Source: Naegleria gruberi
Taxonomy: Eukaryota
Assembly: GCA_000004985.1 (NCBI GenBank)
Contig: GG738854.1
Direction: 5' to 3' (one strand)
DNA: 64,000 bases
Made by a program: the position numbers and the translations under genes. The notes beneath the pieces are model-generated. The model had not been told where the DNA came from. It searched no databases and was given only the letters and a program-made list of their open reading frames with translations. Position 1 is the first letter of the stretch, and the number at the start of each line of letters is the position of its first letter. Below, piece by piece: positions 1 through 9,242 of the stretch.

Positions 1-5
1 AAGAT

Positions 6-3000
6 TTGTCACAAGATTCAGAATTGGATTTGTATTTTTTAATTAGAATGGGTGCTATTCACCTTCTTTTTATAATATTTAATTATTCATCAGTGGAGGG
101 AAGAAAGTTAATAATTGATTGTGTTATTATTTATGGATTACTTTTAAATCAGTTGAAAAATTTAATAATCCAACAACAAACATCATCCCTCATTAATAAT
201 CAATCTAAACAACTAATGATCAATTTAGAATTTTTGAGAGTTTGCTCCAGTTTAAATACTGGTTCTCTTGAAAATATTTGTACATTTCTCTTGAGTAATT
301 TATTACCCCAACAAATGGTCTTGTACATAACCAACTCACAAATTGTGCTTGAGAATGAAAATGTTGAAAATTTATTCTCTATGGATCATTATTCATACTC
401 TCTGGTGTGGAATCAACAAATGAGAGATGAACTTGTTAAAGTCATTGATACAGAATTATCATTGGCAGAAGATAGATTGGATTTGATTTCCAATGAGCAC
501 CAATGGGTCTCTGTACTTAGTATTTGTAAAGATTTAAAAATTAATTATAAGAATTTGCATAGTGAAATTGAAGTGAATGGAATTTACATTGAAAGAGCAC
601 TTGAATATTTATCTCTTAATCCTGATGCAATTATTGAAAATCTACTCACCCACGAAACTTTTGATAGTTTGTATGAAAAGATGCAAATGCTCTCGAATAC
701 AGACAAAGAAGACTTGGAGTTGAAAAATAAGATACTGATAACACTTTCACGATTGAATGAGTTGGTAAAATTATTACAAATTAACTCAATGAACTCCAAA
801 CCAAATGAACAAAATGCTAATAATGAATCTGGTACATTATCAGTGCCTTCAGTGTCTGATTTAATTCCAAGAAAATCAGCAACTCCACCTCTTCACAAAA
901 TGATCTACTTGTCTAAGTTACTTTCATTGAAACATTTTAAAGATGAATACTTTTACAATACAGCAGTGCTTATATCTTCAATCTTATCAAATAAGAAGAA
1001 GATAGCAAATTATGTGGAAGATTTAGACAGAGAAGATGCTCTAACTAATATAATGATTCATTTAGCAAGAGAACAGCTTATATCATTTTACTATTCTGAT
1101 CAAGGAAATACAGTCTATATGGAAACAGAAGGACTTAGAAGAATTTTATCATTGGTTTATATTTTGGGAGAATTATTGAACTTTAAACCTAGAAGAATGT
1201 TAGATATTGTAAATAATCCAAATTTCATTAATGTGATTGTAATGAATTTAAGTCTTTCATCAAATAAGACTGAGAAGTTGGAGTTAATATGGCAATCTGT
1301 ATTTTTATTGCATACCCTTTTAGATTCTCCTCTTTACAATTCTCTCAAGTTGAGACAAACTATTCAAAAAACAGGAGTGTTTGAATATTTGCTTGTTATT
1401 ATTTTAAATATGGAAGAACATAGCACCAAATGTTTAACTGCTATTGTTAACTTTTTAAAAGCTTTCCATGTAATCCCACTATCCACAACTGATCAAAGAC
1501 AGTCATTTGAGAGTTATTCTTTCTTGAGATACTTTTTACCAAGTCAACTACTGAAATTATTAGCAAGTGATAAGGAAAGAGATGTAGATTTATTCATTTC
1601 TGCTCTTACTAAACGTGAATATAGTTCACCATTCCTGATTTGGAATGGAACACATAGGAGTATTTTGAAAAATTCTCTCTCTAAACGTTTAAAGGTATTT
1701 GATGAAAAGAGAAAAACACTTTCTAAACAAGTTGCTGAATGGCAACAAACTGAGCCAACTAAAATTGCAAAGGTAATATTCTCTTCGTCAATAACTACCA
1801 ATTACTTGTACACTTTTGAGGAGCCAGAAATTATTTCTTATCAAGATCTAGATGAAAAACTTTCTATCAATGACATATTTGTAGAAGCTTTTGTTAATTT
1901 ACAACCAGGTGGAACAGAAACAGATGAGGATGCATCTATTAATGAACTTGAATATCCTGATGTTTTCTTACTCAAATTGGTCGAAGCATTACAAAAGGAG
2001 CAAAAATATAGAAACATAGAATTAATAATTGAGGCCCAAACTAAATTATATTTGAACTTTTCATTAGGAAAATATACAACACCAAGCCAAGGTCATTCAC
2101 CTCACTTTTTGAAATATCAAGGATATCCAATACTAATTAGAAAGTATCAAGGACTTCTTGAAGATTTGTCTGATGATTCACAAAGAATCAGGTTGTTAAA
2201 TTTATTTGTTAGATTGATTGCTAGCCAGTTAGAACCTGAACCAGAAATTTCTTATAGAAACAAACTTTTATTTTTGACTTCTGGTGGTTTAATTTTCATT
2301 TCCGAATACATTATCAAGAATTCTGTTTGTAGAAATGATGAACAACTCATGATTAATACTTTGAGAGTTTTAGATTCTATAGCAGATATTTTAATGCCAC
2401 TCATATCTGAAGATGAAGAGGAAAAGTTAATTCCTATTAACTTCTTTGATATATTTGTACCTCTCCTCGACACGAAGTACATTGAAAGTCGTACTGAAGT
2501 TTCACTAAGAACCATCCATTGCATAAGAAAATACGTAAGGCATTTACAAAATGATAATAATCCAATGGAAAAGGTAACACTAGATCCAAAGATTGAACAT
2601 TCTGTCAAACTCATACATAACAGATGGCCACTTATACTTCAATTAATTAATGTTGGTTTCATTTTCAAATATAACGGTAATAGTAATACAACAGAAAATG
2701 ATGACCATACCTTTATCAAAACAATATGTATTACAGCTTTAGAGATTATTCACAATTTGCTTTCTCTTAAGATAAGGTCATCATTTGAAACTTTATTGGA
2801 AAAGTTGTTATTGAAGAATATGATTGAAACTTTAATGCAAATTGGAAAGAGAGGAGAATTGCCAATATTTGACAAGATTAAAACATTTGATGATTTTTAT
2901 AACTTGACAAGATCAGAAACTAATCATATCCTATTGGTTTGGAATGAAAATTTACGCAGTGAATTGCTTGAATTTATTGATTTAAACATTCATAAGAACA

Positions 3001-4958
3001 ATAAGGAATTAACAGGTCATATTGAAAAATTCTCCTATACTTGTCTCAAATCTGAAGGCATGTTTAAATTGCTAGATACAAATTTAGATATTTATCCTAC
3101 TTGCTTGATTAGTACATGGAAGGAAAGTAACTTGTTGAGTCTTTCTGAATTCTTGCAGAGTATTGTTGATCCTGCAATTTTAAATTCCACCAATTTGATT
3201 CAAAGTTTAATTACAAGTTTGCACTCCTTACTTGTTGTTGAATACCAACAAAAGATGATTACCAAGGAAACTCTCAGACCACTCGCTCAACAAATTACAC
3301 TTCTCAAGTTGATTGTTTGTCAAGACAGTTCAAAAAATCTTTCCTCAGAAACATCTGAACAAACTTTGATTTTCCTTAACACATCCTATCAACAAGTTAT
3401 TCTTCATATTTATCATTTACTAATTGGATATTTAGCTAATTTGACAAAAGATGAGGAGTTTATGGTAGAATCTGTTAATGATATTCTTGAAATTATTATT
3501 CGTATTTCAAAATTCTTCTCAAAATATTCTAACAAGATTGGAGAGGACAAGACCAAAGAATTTTATCAATTTATGGTTGCAACTATGCACAAGTTTATAA
3601 TTTACTATTATAAGGGATGTAATAATGATAATTCCTTGAAGGAGGAAGCATTATTGTTAAATATTTTTGATCATTTAATTACCTTCTTTAAAACACTAAC
3701 TGTTGGTACTACTCCAAATATTCAAACATATTGTGTCGGAAATGGATTATTACTCTCAGTATTACATGCATCTATCAAGGGAGGTATCCATCAAGTTCAA
3801 GCAGTTAGATTGAAATCAAGTTTATTGTTATCCACTCTGGTTAAACTTTCCATTCCTTCAGTTAATGAAGTTTTGGATCAAATGCTCTTCCCTTCATTTG
3901 CTTCATTGCTTGGTCAAGGACAATTAGAAGAATTTATCAAGCAATTTGATGAAGATGTTGTTAATCCTGAAGTTTGGTGGGATGGAAGAGACAGAGATTT
4001 GGTCAGAGAATATCTATCCGAACATATTAATCTTGCATCTGATTATTTCTTTATGGGAACACATTTAGAAGATTTTGCTTCCAATACTCAAAGCAAATTC
4101 AACGCAAACACAGAAAAGGGTTACAAACTTGGTAGTATTTATTTAACCAAGTTGAATGAAATGCCAACTTATCAATTTACTTTAATAACCAATCATCAAT
4201 TTATTGAAATGGTTGTTGAAAAACTTTCATCCCTTTGTGCTAAATATGAGGAAAGTAATATTAATAATACTGAAGAAAGAAAAACAATTTGGAAAACTGC
4301 CTATGCATTCATTCAAAATCATTCACTTTACAAGGATGTTAATTCAACAGAATTATCTTTAGAAGTTGAACAATCACTTCTTCTCCTACTTGAATTATTC
4401 TGCAGAGAATTAGTATACATTACTCAATCAGAGGAAAAGCATGACATGTTCGTGATTAATTTACTTTGTTTCTTGACTACTTTTGTTAAAAAGTATCCAA
4501 GTTCTTTCATTCAATTTTTGAATAATTTCTCTGATTTTACAACAATACTACTTCGTGTTGCTAATAACTATAGAAGTATTTTGAGATCTGTTATTCAAGT
4601 TATTTTGGATACTGTTGGAATTTTAACAAAAGAAAAAACAGGAATGTCCCAAGCACTCTATGAAAGTATTTTGGAACAAGTTGGTTCAGAGTTGAATATT
4701 GCCTATTTATTCTTATTTATTATGAATAAGGTTCAAGCTTCTCAATGTGTGGAAGTACTTATTTCAATTTCAAAGATTGATGATAATTTAGTTCCATATT
4801 TGAAAGAGAGTTGGTTCATTCCTGAAACATTCTTCACCTCATCAGAACATCTTTTAGAAAGTTTGGCAAATGTAAATGATGAATTTTGGAATGATGAAAA
4901 ACGAACCACTCTAACACAGAAATCTGAAGAAATTATTAAAAAGTTTGAAGCAAATTAA
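6..4958 (+). CDS. C-terminal 1650 aa of a very large alpha-helical repeat protein (5' end outside window); contains several I/V-W-N motifs reminiscent of RME-8/DNAJC13 IWN repeats, but no J-domain (no HPD motif) is seen in the window
   Basis: Single uninterrupted ORF running off the 5' edge of the window. Motifs SLVWNQQMRDEL, FLIWNGTHRSIL and LLVWNENLRSEL spaced about 400 aa apart. Predicted helical, leucine-rich composition. Stop at 4956-4958. Confidence 0.5.
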   Translation: MSQDSELDLYFLIRMGAIHLLFIIFNYSSVEGRKLIIDCVIIYGLLLNQLKNLIIQQQTSSLINNQSKQLMINLEFLRVCSSLNTGSLENICTFLLSNLLPQQMVLYITNSQIVLENENVENLFSMDHYSYSLVWNQQMRDELVKVIDTELSLAEDRLDLISNEHQWVSVLSICKDLKINYKNLHSEIEVNGIYIERALEYLSLNPDAIIENLLTHETFDSLYEKMQMLSNTDKEDLELKNKILITLSRLNELVKLLQINSMNSKPNEQNANNESGTLSVPSVSDLIPRKSATPPLHKMIYLSKLLSLKHFKDEYFYNTAVLISSILSNKKKIANYVEDLDREDALTNIMIHLAREQLISFYYSDQGNTVYMETEGLRRILSLVYILGELLNFKPRRMLDIVNNPNFINVIVMNLSLSSNKTEKLELIWQSVFLLHTLLDSPLYNSLKLRQTIQKTGVFEYLLVIILNMEEHSTKCLTAIVNFLKAFHVIPLSTTDQRQSFESYSFLRYFLPSQLLKLLASDKERDVDLFISALTKREYSSPFLIWNGTHRSILKNSLSKRLKVFDEKRKTLSKQVAEWQQTEPTKIAKVIFSSSITTNYLYTFEEPEIISYQDLDEKLSINDIFVEAFVNLQPGGTETDEDASINELEYPDVFLLKLVEALQKEQKYRNIELIIEAQTKLYLNFSLGKYTTPSQGHSPHFLKYQGYPILIRKYQGLLEDLSDDSQRIRLLNLFVRLIASQLEPEPEISYRNKLLFLTSGGLIFISEYIIKNSVCRNDEQLMINTLRVLDSIADILMPLISEDEEEKLIPINFFDIFVPLLDTKYIESRTEVSLRTIHCIRKYVRHLQNDNNPMEKVTLDPKIEHSVKLIHNRWPLILQLINVGFIFKYNGNSNTTENDDHTFIKTICITALEIIHNLLSLKIRSSFETLLEKLLLKNMIETLMQIGKRGELPIFDKIKTFDDFYNLTRSETNHILLVWNENLRSELLEFIDLNIHKNNKELTGHIEKFSYTCLKSEGMFKLLDTNLDIYPTCLISTWKESNLLSLSEFLQSIVDPAILNSTNLIQSLITSLHSLLVVEYQQKMITKETLRPLAQQITLLKLIVCQDSSKNLSSETSEQTLIFLNTSYQQVILHIYHLLIGYLANLTKDEEFMVESVNDILEIIIRISKFFSKYSNKIGEDKTKEFYQFMVATMHKFIIYYYKGCNNDNSLKEEALLLNIFDHLITFFKTLTVGTTPNIQTYCVGNGLLLSVLHASIKGGIHQVQAVRLKSSLLLSTLVKLSIPSVNEVLDQMLFPSFASLLGQGQLEEFIKQFDEDVVNPEVWWDGRDRDLVREYLSEHINLASDYFFMGTHLEDFASNTQSKFNANTEKGYKLGSIYLTKLNEMPTYQFTLITNHQFIEMVVEKLSSLCAKYEESNINNTEERKTIWKTAYAFIQNHSLYKDVNSTELSLEVEQSLLLLLELFCRELVYITQSEEKHDMFVINLLCFLTTFVKKYPSSFIQFLNNFSDFTTILLRVANNYRSILRSVIQVILDTVGILTKEKTGMSQALYESILEQVGSELNIAYLFLFIMNKVQASQCVEVLISISKIDDNLVPYLKESWFIPETFFTSSEHLLESLANVNDEFWNDEKRTTLTQKSEEIIKKFEAN

Positions 4959-4998
4959 ATAAATATTCAATTTTATTTCATCTACTCTTGTTATCAAC

Positions 4999-6237
4999 TT
5001 AGTTTCTTAATAAATATATAAGCTTTCCAATAAATATTAATGTAATTGGGGAAAGAGCTAAATAGGAGAAATGTCCACAACTTATCAATGCTAAACTCAT
5101 TCCAAATGCCAGTTGAATAAACAACTCAGTCCTGTCTTTTGATTTACTATTTGATATTAAATTTGAAATAGATAGAACTGATAAACTGATAGAAAGTGGA
5201 ATAAAAGAAAGTAAATGCCCACTAAGCTTGAAAAGAGAAAGACTAAGAAAGGCACCAAACATTGGATCCGAAACTTTCTCAGTAATCGTGTAGAGACCAA
5301 ATACTGTATTAGATCCAGAAATGCCCAAGAATGCTAAAAAAGGATAAAATGAATAATAAATTACTGAGCTAGCAATTGATTCCCACTTTGTAAGTTCCAG
5401 CCCAATTATTTCATAAACGAAACTCCTCACAAATAGTAGAATAATTCTCCAAATGAATGCATATATCAAATAAATACAACTACTAAAAATGGATATGTCA
5501 ATTCTTCTTTTAGGTTCAATAATTATAAATCTCATTATCTTGATAGATTTGAAAATCATTAACAATACCATAATTACAATAAATCCTATAATTAATCCTT
5601 CCACTGGCCAAAATCCATAAGGCAACCACCACAAACCCATATCTAATGACCTTTGATCTTGTGGTGTGGAAGAAACCTTTCCAACAATTAATTGAGCACT
5701 CAATGAAAAGATTATGGCAATTGCAAATACCAATTTTTCACGATGGTAAGTGTAGAATCTATATTCCCAACTATGTATTTTCAAAATACTGTCAATTGGA
5801 TCCCATTGGGAATATTCTAAACATTCGACAAGTTTCTGTTTGGAATTTACATTTTCTCTCACCTCTTCAAAACCATCTGAAGTTCCTTCGTTGTTGTCTG
5901 CTATTTTTCTCCTATTAAATAGTGTCAAAAATAGTAACTGGCTCAGTAATGACATACTATTCGAAAGTGGATTTTTCCAAAACTTTCCAATCAAGTATCC
6001 TTTCCTAATTAATTCATCATCTGAATTAAATTTAATGAGTGAAGAGAAGAAATTTGGTGGTGTGGAATTCAACACCATCTCCATTCTCTTATTAATGTGA
6101 GATAGTTTAATAATTGAAAGAGGTGAATTAGTAGTGTAGGATATGATATGGAGTAGTAATTCATCGGGAAGTTGATCAACAAATAATTGTTGTTGATCGC
6201 CATTACATGAATGGACTGCTGTTAATGGTTGTAACAT
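4999..6237 (-). CDS. F-box-like N-terminus (LPDELLLHIISY...LSIIKLSHINKRM) followed by a polytopic membrane domain (about 6 hydrophobic helices); membrane-anchored F-box protein
   Basis: ORF 4999..6309 on the minus strand. In-frame ATG at 6237 (the track start at 6309 is a non-ATG codon). F-box consensus L-P-x-E-[IL]-L-x-x-I at residues about 45-85 of the ORF; multiple 20-25 aa hydrophobic stretches in the C-terminal half. Confidence 0.5.
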   Translation of the reverse strand: MLQPLTAVHSCNGDQQQLFVDQLPDELLLHIISYTTNSPLSIIKLSHINKRMEMVLNSTPPNFFSSLIKFNSDDELIRKGYLIGKFWKNPLSNSMSLLSQLLFLTLFNRRKIADNNEGTSDGFEEVRENVNSKQKLVECLEYSQWDPIDSILKIHSWEYRFYTYHREKLVFAIAIIFSLSAQLIVGKVSSTPQDQRSLDMGLWWLPYGFWPVEGLIIGFIVIMVLLMIFKSIKIMRFIIIEPKRRIDISIFSSCIYLIYAFIWRIILLFVRSFVYEIIGLELTKWESIASSVIYYSFYPFLAFLGISGSNTVFGLYTITEKVSDPMFGAFLSLSLFKLSGHLLSFIPLSISLSVLSISNLISNSKSKDRTELFIQLAFGMSLALISCGHFSYLALSPITLIFIGKLIYLLRN

Positions 6238-6369
6238 TTTTTTAAAGTGAACTTTGAGGCAATCAATCTGATATAGATTTTGTAAATTGCATTTTGTAAC
6301 AATTAACATTTTTGTTGTACGTGTTGATATTGTTTACAATAAAATCCAACATAAAAAAAAAGGAATTAA

Positions 6370-6721
6370 ATGGGCCTATTCCAACAGAAGGAAGTTAAAA
6401 TTCTCTTCCTTGGTTAGGACGGTGCTGGTAAAACAACTGCCCTTTACAAGCTTAAATTAGACGAATCAATGGAAACAATTCCAACAACCATCGGATTCAA
6501 TGCCGAACTGATTCAATATAATAGAGATAAATTCACAATATTTGATGTTGGTTATATGGGCTAACAAACAAGATTTACCAAATGCAGTTGTTGATGTGGA
6601 TGAATTGACCAAAATTCTACAATTAAATTCCATTAAACAAACTTCATATATTCAACCATGCAGTGCTGTGCGTGGAACTGGTTTATATGAAGGACTCGAA
6701 TGGATATCCAACAATTTGTAA
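6370..6721 (+). pseudogene. ARF-family small GTPase pseudogene: in-frame TAG inside the P-loop (LG*DGAGKTT), about 60-codon internal deletion between the DVGG motif and the ANKQDLPNA (NKxD) motif with a frame change, and W-to-F at WDVGG
   Basis: Translation from ATG 6370: [63 protein letters not shown]. The C-terminal part continues in another frame: [56 protein letters not shown] at 6415-6417. No GT..AG intron can explain the deletion (only about 7 nt lie between the two segments). Not in the ORF track because of the stop. Confidence 0.72.
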
Positions 6722-6769
6722 TAAACTTTTGTAATAAAAACAAGCAACTTTGTGGCATAAAATTACAAC

Positions 6770-6842
6770 CGCCCCACGTGGGGCTCGAACCCACGACCGT
6801 TGGATTAAAAGTCCAACGCTCTACCGACTGAGCTAGCAGGGC
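6770..6842 (-). tRNA. tRNA-Lys (anticodon UUU), 73 nt
   Basis: Reverse complement folds as a canonical cloverleaf: acceptor GCCCUGC/GUGGGGC, D-arm GCUC-AGUCGGUA-GAGC, anticodon stem UUGGA/UCCAA with loop CUUUUAA, T-arm GUGGG-UUCGAGC-CCCAC, discriminator G. One nt differs from the copy at 49297..49369 (acceptor position 5 U vs C). Upstream 5' flank AATGAGCA is shared with the second copy. Confidence 0.9.
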
Positions 6843-7272
6843 TGCTCATTAATTACCACAACAAGTCAAATTTCCCATGCCAGATACTGTCACCTGCACT
6901 ATAAGATAAACATGGCTAGAAACCACAACCACTCCAATCTTTGAGGTAGTAACAATACCAGATAATAAAACAATTCCTGTTCCTTACAAAAACTACTAAT
7001 CTTTAGAAAATGTAAAAACAAGTCATGTTACAATTTCAATATGAATTCTTCTATTAAAGAGTATTAACTTCTAATAAAGTGTTAACACTCTTCTTTGACT
7101 AATTTCCTCATACTCAAAATCACTTCTAAAATGTTCGAGTCAATGTCAACCTGTCAAATAATTAAAATGAGCAACAAAGAACCAATCGGAACAATCTCAA
7201 ACATCCAATTTTAAACCAAAATCAAAAAAACATCTCAACATTGACCTTCTTCTCCTTCATCTAAAATACAAA

Positions 7273-8199
7273 ATGTCAAGTGGAATTAAAAAACTAGCAA
7301 ATTTTAGTCGTGTCAATGACATTGCAACAGATGTCAATGAATTTTTAACATTTTCATCAGGAAAATCATCATCCGATTCACAAAATCATAATTCAGTTAA
7401 TAATGATTGTAGAATATTGTTAAGAATTACATCATTTCAATTTTTACCAATTGAATTGGCATCTGACAGCGCAACAATTTCAAATCCTTTTTGTGGAAAT
7501 TGGAGAGTTAGAATTGAGTTAATTCACAATGAAAATAATGATGTGTTTGATAGTTTTTATTTTGATTTAAATGGATCTCTAGTTCAATCTCATTCTTCTA
7601 TTGAAAATGTTTTTACAAATAATAATTCTGTCAAACCATGTAAAATTGCCCTGTCAAGTGTCAATGGATCAAATTATGAAGTTTGCTCTAATTTATTTGA
7701 TATGATTTTTGAAGAAAAAATTACTTTATCATCAACTACACAACTTTCTCCCAGAAAAGAATTATATTATGCACTTTCGTATACTTTCCCATTTCCACAC
7801 TTTCTAATAGATAATTTATTCTTTAAAATTTCAATTTACACCGTCGAAAAACCATCCACTAAAAAACAACAGCAACAGCAACAAGAATTAGGAAATTCAC
7901 TTAACAATGTTGAAAATCTAGTTGCCTATTGTAAAACTGATGTCATTTCAACAATGTATCAACCTTTAAATACTACTTTTTTAAATAAGAAAATTAGAGT
8001 GAGAGCTGTTAAAAAGAAGAATAATATAACCTCTACAAATGCTTTATCATCTTTTAATACTACTATAAATGGAAATAATAATACTACCCTATCAAGTATG
8101 AATGGAATATCAAATGTTGCAGTGAATGGAATTGTTGCTAATGAAAAGGAACAAAAACCCAGATGTAATATTCAAGTTAAAGTTGAAAAATTTGTTTAA
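7273..8199 (+). CDS. hypothetical N/S/T/Q-rich protein (308 aa), no recognisable domain
   Basis: Single ORF with ATG start. Low-complexity tracts (QQQQQQ, N/T-rich C-terminus). Flanked by AT-rich intergenic DNA. Confidence 0.4.
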   Translation: MSSGIKKLANFSRVNDIATDVNEFLTFSSGKSSSDSQNHNSVNNDCRILLRITSFQFLPIELASDSATISNPFCGNWRVRIELIHNENNDVFDSFYFDLNGSLVQSHSSIENVFTNNNSVKPCKIALSSVNGSNYEVCSNLFDMIFEEKITLSSTTQLSPRKELYYALSYTFPFPHFLIDNLFFKISIYTVEKPSTKKQQQQQQELGNSLNNVENLVAYCKTDVISTMYQPLNTTFLNKKIRVRAVKKKNNITSTNALSSFNTTINGNNNTTLSSMNGISNVAVNGIVANEKEQKPRCNIQVKVEKFV

Positions 8200-8651
8200 T
8201 TTATATTGAGAAATATTTAAATGTACATATTGTAAAATAAAAAACTGTGATGTGATCCAGTTGTGGAGTATTAAGAGAGATTTTAAAATAGAAACAAAAT
8301 AATCTATACAATAAGTACTCTATTTCAAATCTGAATTTGAATATAAATACACTTAAGGATTAAATCTGCCTTTACAGCAAATAAAAATCTAATAAACCGT
8401 TTACAAAACCAATTAAGGGCGGATATTATCACCTTAGAACTTGAACATTACGCTCGCAATTGATTGGTTTTTATGATGTAAGTGTAAGCAATTTGGTTAA
8501 ATACATTGTTCATTTAACACAGTTTTCACAATATACCAGTCATGTATTAATATGCTAAATGTGTTGAATATTGTCTGGTCGTTTGAATGAATTAATTGAT
8601 GAGCGGTATTTTGCTCATTAAATTACTGCTCCAAATATTATTAAAAAAAAT

Positions 8652-9224
8652 ATGAACAAATTCATCGCTTGTATTTTATTGCTTATTGCTGCCTTAGTCA
8701 GCGTTGAGGCTATGACCTTGAAGACTCAAGCTTCTTGTTATCAAGAGTAGGTATCATTATGATCATCACAATAACAATAATATTTATAAACTAGTTATGA
8801 TTATCCATTGTACAAACAGTGCGGACAACCTTGGAGCAACCAACTTACTGGCACTGATACTATCTGCAAGTCTGGCTGTTTGATGACCTCCATGTGTATG
8901 GCTTTGAACGGTCGTGGAAGATCATACATGAACCCAGGTGAATTTGCTAACTGGTTGAAGTCAAACGGTGGTTTCAGTGGTAATCTCTTTGTTTGGGGAA
9001 GTGTTTCTAGATTAGGTCTTTCTTATGCTGGTAAGGTTTCTGGAACTGCTGCCATTGCTGAAAAGCTCTGTTCTGGAAGTATTGTCATCCTTAACGTTCG
9101 TTATGGTGGTCACTGGGTTTTGGCAACTGGTTTCGATGGATATTCATTCGCTGTCAATGATCCAGGTTATTCCAAGATTTCATACCTTGCTTCTGAAGTT
9201 ACTCAAGCTGCTATTTACAATTAA
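8652..9224 (+). CDS. secreted papain-fold cysteine peptidase-like protein (Peptidase_C39_2 / CHAP-like Cys-His domain), 174 aa. Two exons: 8652..8746 and 8795..9224, joined across a 48-nt intron (GTAGGT...CTAG)
   Basis: Exon 1 encodes the signal peptide MNKFIACILLLIAALVSVEA. It ends in phase 2 at CAAGA|GTAGGT. Exon 2 restores the frame: ...QD YDYPLYKQCGQPWSNQL...SGCLMTSMCMAL...GGHWVLATGFDGYSFAVNDPG. The Cys (QCGQPW) and His (GHWVL) spacing is typical of C39-like/CHAP amidase-peptidase domains. Confidence 0.5.
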
Positions 9225-9242
9225 ATTCACTTGATTAATTAT

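Noticed and set aside
7058-7096. Imperfect 12-bp inverted repeat AAGAGTATTAAC...GTTAACACTCTT upstream of ORF 7273
   Set aside because: Single occurrence with one mismatch, in AT-rich intergenic DNA where such palindromes arise by chance. No associated feature.
8652-9224. Bacterial contamination as the source of the C39/CHAP-like peptidase
   Set aside because: The gene has host-like AT-rich codon usage, a eukaryotic signal-peptide exon and a spliceosomal intron. It is embedded between clearly eukaryotic genes on a contiguous sequence.
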